A DNA stretch of 32,000 nt from Formosa sp. Hel1_33_131. Its GTDB lineage: Bacteria; Bacteroidota; Bacteroidia; Flavobacteriales; Flavobacteriaceae. The stretch covers positions 600,001 to 632,000 of the forward strand of contig NZ_CP017260.1 in assembly GCF_001735745.1 (NCBI RefSeq), in the 5' to 3' direction. The notes below the pieces were generated by a model, which had not been told where the DNA came from, ran no database searches, and worked only from the letters and a program-made list of their open reading frames with translations. Numbering within the stretch: position 1 is the first letter of the stretch; each line of letters begins with the position of its first letter. Shown here piece after piece: positions 1 through 5,443 of the stretch. The position numbers and the translations under genes are program-made.

Positions 1-2
1 TT

Positions 3-275
3 TCAGAAGGATTTATTTATATGGTGAGTAGTGCCAGCACGACGGGAAGCCAAAGTGGTTTTGGAAACGAACAAACGGATTATTTTAAACGGATCGCCGA
101 CCTCCAGCTAACCAACCCACAGATTATTGGATTTGGAATTTCTGATCATGAGACGTTTAGCCAAGCCACGCAGTATGCCAAAGGCGCCATCATTGGAAGT
201 GCGTTTATAAAGCATGTGACGGCTCATGGAGTGAATGATTTGGGAGCGTTTACGCAGCCGCTATTGAGAGGCTAG
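3..275 (+). CDS. trpA: tryptophan synthase alpha chain, C-terminal part (5' end outside window)
   Basis: The frame is open from the window edge. GFIYMVS..IIGFGISDHETF..GAIIGSAFIKHV matches the conserved C-terminal TrpA barrel/phosphate-binding motifs. Confidence 0.85.
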   Translation, partial: SEGFIYMVSSASTTGSQSGFGNEQTDYFKRIADLQLTNPQIIGFGISDHETFSQATQYAKGAIIGSAFIKHVTAHGVNDLGAFTQPLLRG

Positions 276-408
276 AAAACTATTAAAATCACGTATTTCT
301 TTGGAAGTACGTGATTTTTTTATACATTTATAACTGATTTTAATCCCCAGATCTAAATCTTCATAAGCGACTTAACCCGTTGTAAGCAATTATTTTATTT
401 GAATTTTA
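276..408 (+). repeat. ~134-bp intergenic repeat, copy 1 of 3 (terminator hairpin plus ~85-nt conserved tail); the most diverged copy
   Basis: AAAACTATTAAAATCACGTA..TACGTGATTTTTTTATACATTTATAAC.GATTT..CCCA..TAAATCTTCATAAGC.ACTTAAC....TAAGC.ATTATTTTATT aligns along its whole length with 6954-7087 and 7791-7924. Confidence 0.85.
285..321 (+). terminator. rho-independent terminator of trpA (inside repeat copy 1)
   Basis: Stem AATCACGTA / TACGTGATT with a 12-nt loop, followed by a T7 run and preceded by an A run. Confidence 0.75.
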
Positions 409-483
409 GATATGGGGGAGCAAACAAGATGTTTGCACTAAAATCAGTGACGTATAATGACAAGCAAAACGGTGTGTTTTCCC

Positions 484-536
484 GGGATATATAGCCGTTA
501 ACACATCTTTTTATTTGGATATAACTAGTTACCACC
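484..536 (+). repeat. two tandem attC right-arm-like segments ending in GTT cores (GGGATATATAGCC-GTTAACACA at 484-505; GGATATAACTA-GTTACCACC at 517-536)
   Basis: Both resemble the right arms of repeats B and C (CCATATACTATCC-GTTGGCAAC). GTTACCACC (528-536) is the exact reverse complement of GGTGGTAAC (1307-1315). Confidence 0.4.
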
Positions 537-542
537 AATTGA

Positions 543-821
543 ATGAAAGACATTGAGAGACATATGAAAATTAGGATTACAAAGTCTGAATTTGATTTAA
601 TTAGCGGAATTTTGGACGAGAATAAAAATTTATTTACACCAAGTCAAATAAATGATTCTGAATATATTTTATCATTTGTGGACTTTGAGCAAGCAATGGA
701 ATTTGACGAATTAATTAAAGACAAATTGGTTTATCAAGGCTTTGATAGAGAATATAATCCGAACAAATTTGGATTAATGTGTGAAAATGTAATTGACAAA
801 ATGTACGAGATTTTAAAATGA
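543..821 (+). CDS. hypothetical small cytoplasmic protein (92 aa)
   Basis: The ORF has no signal peptide. Its stop overlaps the next start (ATGA at 818-821). No family recognised. Confidence 0.5.
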   Translation: MKDIERHMKIRITKSEFDLISGILDENKNLFTPSQINDSEYILSFVDFEQAMEFDELIKDKLVYQGFDREYNPNKFGLMCENVIDKMYEILK

Positions 822-1291
822 AAAAAATAATAACCATATTTTTAATTTCACTTTTGGGTTTAAATATCAATGCTCAAGAAATTTCTGACGAACAGTATAT
901 GAATGCCTATATTGTAGTATCTGACACTTCACAAAACTATTTTGAATTAAGACAAAAAATGCTTAACCTAAATGAGAAACTGAAGACGGAAATTGACACA
1001 ATGGGAAGAGGGTTTAATAAAAAGAAAAACCTTATTTGCTTACCTGAAAATGACGAAGACGAAATTTATGCAGGTGATTATTTCCCGAGACGTTATCCTT
1101 CCGAGACTTTAAGTTTAGAATATTTGATTTATTACACAAATGGAAAGAAACCGACAGAAGGAACTATCGCATTAGTTACAATCATAACTGACAACAAGGA
1201 AAAGGCGGAAAAAAAATTGGCAGAAGTGAAAAAATATTCTGACAGAGCATTTATTGTAAACAGTCAGATTTATATGGGATGTATGCATTAA
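818..1291 (+). CDS. hypothetical secreted protein (157 aa)
   Basis: Signal peptide MKKIITIFLISLLGLNINA|QE. Translationally coupled to the upstream ORF. No family recognised. Confidence 0.6.
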   Translation: MKKIITIFLISLLGLNINAQEISDEQYMNAYIVVSDTSQNYFELRQKMLNLNEKLKTEIDTMGRGFNKKKNLICLPENDEDEIYAGDYFPRRYPSETLSLEYLIYYTNGKKPTEGTIALVTIITDNKEKAEKKLAEVKKYSDRAFIVNSQIYMGCMH

Positions 1292-1306
1292 AAAATAACA
1301 ACAAAA

Positions 1307-1441
1307 GGTGGTAACACTGTATATAGTTTATGGCGGGTGAAGTGCTAATTATGAGCGATTTAACAATTAATAAACATCGGTGCAAGTTGAAAGTTTTGTG
1401 TTTCAAAACCGCCACAAAACCATATACTATCCGTTGGCAAC
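1307..1441 (+). repeat. attC-like structured imperfect inverted repeat 'B' (135 bp)
   Basis: Layout: AAC(1313-15), 3-nt spacer, GTATATAGTTTATGGCGG (1319-36), ~72-nt centre, CCGCCACAAAACCATATAC (1409-27), 5-nt spacer, GTT(1433-35). 16 of 18 arm positions pair, with two mismatches and one bulged C. Confidence 0.55.
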
Positions 1442-1466
1442 AATATCTAAACGAGACGCAAAACGA

Positions 1467-1946
1467 ATGGAAAAGAAATTAAAACAAAGTATTCTGACTT
1501 CTTATCTGATTGGAGCACCAATTGGCATTATTGTTGTTTTCGCTACGATTTTTGTTCCGAGTTTTTTATTTGGAAAAGGACTAATGATAATTGTTATTCT
1601 TGGAACATACGGCATTTCAACAATCGGACTTGTAGTTGCGTTTTTGATTGCTCTTTGGATTGGTGGAAAATTAGCCTATAAGGATATTGAAAATGGAAAA
1701 TCATTAATTCTGACCTCTTTTAAATACTCAACTGTTGTGAATTTAATAATCTGGACAACTTTTTGTCTGATTATAGGACTGACTGCTACAGAAGAAAGGT
1801 TTCTAATGATGATTCCACCTATTATTGCTTTTGTTGTTTGTACGATTCTAACAACATTTTCAATCGGACTTTTAATTTCATATGTAATTAGACGAATAAA
1901 TAATAAACCGACTGAATTAAAAAATACAGTTGCCAACTCCGTATAA
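1467..1946 (+). CDS. hypothetical integral membrane protein (~159 aa, 4-5 TM helices)
   Basis: The ORF track starts at GTG 1380, inside repeat B. The first ATG (1467) lies just inside the unit boundary. The protein has long hydrophobic segments, and its last codons (..VANSV*) overlap repeat C. Confidence 0.6.
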   Translation: MEKKLKQSILTSYLIGAPIGIIVVFATIFVPSFLFGKGLMIIVILGTYGISTIGLVVAFLIALWIGGKLAYKDIENGKSLILTSFKYSTVVNLIIWTTFCLIIGLTATEERFLMMIPPIIAFVVCTILTTFSIGLLISYVIRRINNKPTELKNTVANSV

Positions 1947-2083
1947 AACTAATTGCTGGTTTTAGTCTACTTACGGAAATCTCTGCCTACCACAGGCAAG
2001 CTCACGGATTTTCTATTCAGTATTTATTTGCTAACTTTAGTGCTTAAAACACGCCACTAACCATACACAAACATGTTGCCCAC
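1929..2083 (+). repeat. attC-like structured imperfect inverted repeat 'C' (155 bp, more degenerate)
   Basis: Layout: GTTGCCAAC-TCC-GTATAAAACTAATTGCTGGTTTTAG ... CTTAAAACACGCCACTAACCATAC-ACAAACAT-GTTGCCCAC. The right arm aligns in sequence with that of B. GTTGCCAAC (1929-37) is the exact reverse complement of GTTGGCAAC (1433-41). Confidence 0.5.
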
Positions 2084-2134
2084 AATACGTGAAAAAATTC
2101 GTGGATTTACAGAAAATTGGAATTTAATTTGAAT

Positions 2135-2159
2135 TTAGTTAACTAATTAGTTAACTTTG
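2135..2159 (+). promoter_or_regulatory. putative TA promoter/operator: direct repeat TTAGTTAAC-TAA-TTAGTTAAC overlapping a TAACTTTG -7 box
   Basis: Two 9-mers (2135-43 and 2147-55), each containing the GTTAAC palindrome. TAACTTTG (2152-59) fits the Bacteroidetes -7 consensus TAnnTTTG and sits 5 nt before the annotated GTG start. Confidence 0.5.
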
Positions 2160-2163
2160 TAGT

Positions 2164-2508
2164 GTGACAAGGAAGGTGATTATATATAAAGAATATTTCA
2201 CTAAATTCTATAAAGCTCAAGACGAAAAGGTTCGAAAAAAAATTGGATACGCTTTAGATTTAGTTCGGTTTGAAAGACAAGTACCAAAAAAGTTTTTTAA
2301 GTATTTGGAAAATACAGACGGAATTTATGAAGTACGTGTAATTACAAGTTTTAAAAGTATAAGAATATTGTGCTTTTTCGATGGTGGCAATTTAGTTGTC
2401 CTTGGGAATTGTTTTGTGAAGAAAACTCAAAAAACACCAAAAAAGGAAATTAAGCTTGCTGAAAAAATCAAGAAAGAGTATTTAAAAGATAAAAACAAAT
2501 ATGAATAA
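2164..2508 (+). CDS. type II toxin, RelE/ParE superfamily (Gp49/HigB-like)
   Basis: 114 aa, toxin-first order, 8-nt overlap with the downstream XRE antitoxin. The pattern ..DGIYEVRV....IRILCFFDGGNLVVLGNCFVKKTQKTPKKEI.. is typical of the phage Gp49-like family. The start codon is uncertain (GTG 2164 or 2176). Confidence 0.8.
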   Translation: MTRKVIIYKEYFTKFYKAQDEKVRKKIGYALDLVRFERQVPKKFFKYLENTDGIYEVRVITSFKSIRILCFFDGGNLVVLGNCFVKKTQKTPKKEIKLAEKIKKEYLKDKNKYE

Positions 2509-2791
2509 TATAAGAGATTTCGAAGATTTACTAATTGCAGAACACGGAAAAAAAGGAACAGAAAAGCGTGATAAATATGACGCTGACTCTCTTGCTTTTC
2601 GATTAGGGATTATGCTAAAAGAAGCTAGAAAAGAAGCGAATTTAACACAAGAAGAATTGGCTGAAAGAACTGGAACTAAAAAAAGCTATATATCACGAAT
2701 TGAACGTGGATTAAGCGATATTCAAGTTTCTACTTATTACAAACTAATTGAATTAGGTCTTGGGAAACATCTGAATATTGAAATAGCATAA
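2501..2791 (+). CDS. XRE-family HTH antitoxin (HigA-like)
   Basis: LTQEELAERTGTKKSYISRIERG is a Cro/C1-type HTH. The gene overlaps the toxin stop. Confidence 0.85.
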   Translation: MNNIRDFEDLLIAEHGKKGTEKRDKYDADSLAFRLGIMLKEARKEANLTQEELAERTGTKKSYISRIERGLSDIQVSTYYKLIELGLGKHLNIEIA

Positions 2792-3050
2792 GAAAATAGA
2801 TTGGACACTTTTAATTTTAAGAAGTACCCGAATTGTTCCAGAAAAATTTTTAAAAAACCTTACGAATACAGACGGACTTTGGGAATTGCGAATTTCAGCA
2901 GGAAATGGAATATTTAGACTATTCTGTTTTTTTGACAAAGGAAACTTAATAATTCTCTTGAATGGATTTCAAAAAAAAACTCAGAAAACGCCCAAAAATG
3001 AAATTAAAAAAGCGGAACGGTTAAAAAAAGAATATTATGAAAACACATAA
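2787..3050 (+). pseudogene. 5'-truncated paralogue of the Gp49/HigB-like toxin (no start codon)
   Basis: The frame opens right after TAG 2784-86 and reads ..KKIDWTLLILRSTRIVPEKFLKNLTNTDGLWELRISAGNGIFRLFCFFDKGNLIILLNGFQKKTQKTPKNEIKKAERLKKEYYENT*. It aligns with residues ~27-110 of the 2164..2508 protein. There is no ATG or GTG in frame. The ORF track does not list it. Confidence 0.8.
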
Positions 3051-3339
3051 AAGAATCACATCATTTGATGACCATTTAGATACACAGTACGGAAAAGTCG
3101 GAACTGAATCTCGTCAGGGATTTCAAGAAGAATTTGAAACCTTTAAAATTGGCGTGCTCATTCAAGAGGAAAGAAAGAAACAACATTTAACACAACAACA
3201 GCTTGCTGAAAAAGTTGGAACAACTAAAAACTATATTTCTCGAATTGAAAATAACGCAAGTGATATACGACTTTCAACTCTTATGAGAATTATCCGAGAA
3301 GGATTAGGAGGCAGTTTAAAATTATCACTTGATGTTTAA
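3037..3339 (+). CDS. XRE-family HTH antitoxin, paralogue of 2501..2791
   Basis: LTQQQLAEKVGTTKNYISRIENN is an HTH. The gene overlaps the stop of the truncated toxin by 14 nt. Confidence 0.85.
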   Translation: MKTHKRITSFDDHLDTQYGKVGTESRQGFQEEFETFKIGVLIQEERKKQHLTQQQLAEKVGTTKNYISRIENNASDIRLSTLMRIIREGLGGSLKLSLDV

Positions 3340-3363
3340 GAATGAACGGAAAGTAAACACCCG

Positions 3364-3388
3364 CTAGCGCCACGCTTTAGTGTGGTGC
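3364..3388 (+). repeat. GC-rich hairpin repeat U1 (CTAGCGCCACGC-TTTA-GTGTGGTGC)
   Basis: Imperfect palindrome, conspicuous against the AT-rich background. Related to 3442-3466 (inverted) and 4144-4169 (same orientation). Confidence 0.7.
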
Positions 3389-3441
3389 CGAGTATGCGAA
3401 AGAGAAATAAATGAGTTACTGAATTATTTGAATTTGTTAAC

Positions 3442-3466
3442 GGCATCACGCCAAAAGCGTGACGCC
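3442..3466 (-). repeat. GC-rich hairpin repeat U2 (GGCATCACGCC-AAAA-GCGTGACGCC), inverted relative to U1
   Basis: Its reverse complement aligns with U1, including the loop polarity. It lies 53 nt from U1, giving a REPIN-like doublet. Confidence 0.65.
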
Positions 3467-3607
3467 AGCCAGAAGTAAATATTTTGGGAACTCAGCTCAA
3501 TTTTGGTTGGGCTTCAAAATGATTTTGACATTGAGCAAGAACATACTGAAAAACTCTTTTTTTATAAAAAATATAAGTTTAACAACGCTTTTTGTACTTT
3601 TGTGTAA
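3459..3607 (+). pseudogene. remnant of a HigA/VapI-type antitoxin C-terminus (N-terminally truncated and frameshifted)
   Basis: ..KYFGNSAQFWLG is read in one frame. After a 1-nt gap near 3512 it continues as LQNDFDIEQEHTEKL.., together forming the conserved HigA C-terminal signature (YFG.SA.FWL.LQ..YDL). There is no HTH or start upstream. The ORF-track ORF 3459..3644 is an artefact of this remnant. Confidence 0.6.
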
Positions 3608-3618
3608 AATAAAATATT

Positions 3619-3837
3619 ATGTACACTATTCAATTAAAAATTAGCGATAAAGTTTACGATAAGTTTATTTGGTTACTAAGTAAATTCAATAAAGAAGAAA
3701 TAGAGATTGTTAGTGAAAGTTCTGATTTCACTTGGACTAAAGAATACTTAAACAATGAATTGAATGAAATTAAGAATGGCAAAGCTACTTTTATCTCTCA
3801 AGAAGATTTTGAAAAACGATTAAATGAAATAGTGTAA
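3619..3837 (+). CDS. putative antitoxin (72 aa) of the downstream ParE/RelE-like toxin
   Basis: A small acidic ORF 11 nt upstream of a ParE-like gene, in antitoxin-first order. No family confidently recognised. Confidence 0.5.
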   Translation: MYTIQLKISDKVYDKFIWLLSKFNKEEIEIVSESSDFTWTKEYLNNELNEIKNGKATFISQEDFEKRLNEIV

Positions 3838-3848
3838 GTGACTTTTTT

Positions 3849-4132
3849 ATGAAAATCATTTATAAAGAAACCTTTGTTGTGAGGCTAGAAAAACAACTAA
3901 AATATATTTCTGAAAACAGCCCTAAATCCGCAAAAAAAAATTAAAGACTGAATTTATTCAACGGATAAAAACGATTCCTGATAACCCATACTTATTTAAA
4001 AAATCAATCTACTTTGAAAACGATTCTGTTCGAGATTTAATTCATAAAGGATATACGATAGTCTTTCGAATTAATAAAAATCAAATTGAAATATTTGGTC
4101 TGACGAGGTTTCAAGAAAAACCTACGGACTAA
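3849..4132 (+). pseudogene. ParE/RelE-family toxin interrupted by a frameshift in an A9 run
   Basis: ATG 3849..TAA 3942-44 gives MKIIYKETFVVRLEKQLKYISENSPKSAKKN*. Shifting -1 within A9 (3932-3940) continues as ..KLKTEFIQRIKTIPDNPYLFKKSIYFENDSVRDLIHKGYTIVFRINKNQIEIFGLTRFQEKPTD* (stop 4130-32). The ~94 aa product has a typical ParE-like layout. Confidence 0.75.
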
Positions 4133-4143
4133 AAATCTCCCCA

Positions 4144-4169
4144 CTAGCGCCATACGCTTTAGCGTGGTG
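4144..4169 (+). repeat. GC-rich hairpin repeat U3 (CTAGCGCCATACGC-TTTA-GCGTGGTG)
   Basis: Same core and orientation as U1. It lies directly after the ParE-like pseudogene. Confidence 0.7.
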
Positions 4170-4294
4170 TACAGTAAAAATAAATATACCAAACCTTAAA
4201 ACCCTAACGAAACCTAAATGTTAGTTGTTAGAATATTTAAACATTAATACCTCCTTAACGCATTTAAGAATTCTATATCCCGATATTTGTAAGA

Positions 4295-5443
4295 ATGACA
4301 GGAATAGATTTTAATTATGGAAAAGGGTTTACGTTCAGTAAGCACATCCCAAAGGACGTATCGGATTTTGATCGGGTGTTTGGGGTGTTTAAAGAACTCC
4401 TCACACATACCTCAGGCGATATTGAGGAAGCGTTTGAATGGCTAAACACACTGGACAACGAATACAATATTTTTAACGAGAACTATACCCTCGAAAATTT
4501 CGAAGACGACCTTAAGAAGCGAGGTTATATCAAAGAAGACATTGATCCCGATGCGGTCAAATCAGGAAACGGAACTGGAAAAGGAAAAAATATACTCACT
4601 GCCAAGCTAGAATCTGCTTTGCGCGACTATGCCCTGAACCAGATTTTTGGAAAACTAAAAAAGAGTGGACTCGGAAATCACAACACCAAAAAAACAGGTG
4701 TTGGTGATGAACGTGATGGCGATAACCGATCGTTTCAGTTTGGTGACGATTTATCTCGGGTCAACATGACCGAGAGTTTGAAAAATGCACAAATCAATAA
4801 TGGTATCTCAGACCTTCGCTTAACAGAAAACGATTTAATTGTAGAAGAGACAAAGCACAAAGCACAGATGAGTACCGTATTGATGATTGACATCAGTCAC
4901 TCTATGATATTGTACGGCGAAGACCGCATCACACCCGCCAAAAAAGTCGCCATGGCATTGGTGGAGTTGATCCATCGAAAATACCCAAAAGATTCCATCG
5001 ATATTATTGTGTTTGGAAATGAAGCCTGGCCCATTAAAGTAAAGGACCTCCCCTATTTAAAAGTAGGCCCTTACCACACCAATACCGTGGCTGGACTGGA
5101 ATTGGCCATGGACATTCTCCGTCGAAAACGAAATACAAACAAACAGATTTTTATGATCACGGATGGGAAACCGAGTTGTATTCAGCTGCCATCGGGTGAG
5201 TTTTATAAAAACAGTAACGGCTTGGACGATATGATCGTTTCTAAATGCCTTAACAAAGCAGCACAAGCACGGAAATTAAAAATTCCAATCACCACCTTTA
5301 TGATTGCCCAAGACCACTATCTCCGTGAATTTGTGGAGGTATTTACGGCGCAAAATCAAGGAAAGGCCTTTTTAACGGGACTGGATGGTTTGGGAGAAAT
5401 GATATTTGAAGATTACGAAAAAAATAGAATTAAAAGAATATGA
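4295..5443 (+). CDS. vWA (von Willebrand factor A) domain protein with a ~190-aa N-terminal region of unknown function
   Basis: MIDAS motif MIDISHS (DxSxS), downstream T (HTNT) and ITDGKPS. Its stop overlaps the next start (ATGA at 5440-43). Confidence 0.85.
   Translation: MTGIDFNYGKGFTFSKHIPKDVSDFDRVFGVFKELLTHTSGDIEEAFEWLNTLDNEYNIFNENYTLENFEDDLKKRGYIKEDIDPDAVKSGNGTGKGKNILTAKLESALRDYALNQIFGKLKKSGLGNHNTKKTGVGDERDGDNRSFQFGDDLSRVNMTESLKNAQINNGISDLRLTENDLIVEETKHKAQMSTVLMIDISHSMILYGEDRITPAKKVAMALVELIHRKYPKDSIDIIVFGNEAWPIKVKDLPYLKVGPYHTNTVAGLELAMDILRRKRNTNKQIFMITDGKPSCIQLPSGEFYKNSNGLDDMIVSKCLNKAAQARKLKIPITTFMIAQDHYLREFVEVFTAQNQGKAFLTGLDGLGEMIFEDYEKNRIKRI

Noticed and set aside
1380-1466. N-terminal extensions proposed by the ORF track here, and likewise at 9922, 16360 (minus strand), 16557, 23363 (minus strand) and 27899.
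   Set aside because: The extensions run through intergenic repeats or the preceding gene and lack sensible N-termini. Internal ATGs give canonical signal peptides, lipoboxes or family-typical N-termini.
2073-2132. A 19-codon ORF (MLPTIREKIRGFTENWNLI*) whose REKIRGF resembles the VRKKIGY segment of the adjacent toxin N-terminus. It could be the missing head of the truncated toxin.
   Set aside because: There are only ~6 matching residues. It aligns to the same toxin segment that the truncated copy still retains, so it is not complementary to it. It also overlaps the repeat C core. This is too weak to call.
2753-2938. A 61-aa minus-strand ORF in the TA region.
   Set aside because: It lies antisense to the truncated toxin frame, which has clear homology to the upstream toxin. 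It is therefore spurious.
3340-3470. The region after the second antitoxin as a third attC-like site (AAAC...GTTAAC with U1/U2 arms).
   Set aside because: The GTT core lies 5' of U2 instead of 3', so the AAC/GTT ends cannot close the U1:U2 stem. The expected GTGGGCAAC partner of GTTGCCCAC (2075-83) is absent. This region is better described as a separate hairpin repeat family.
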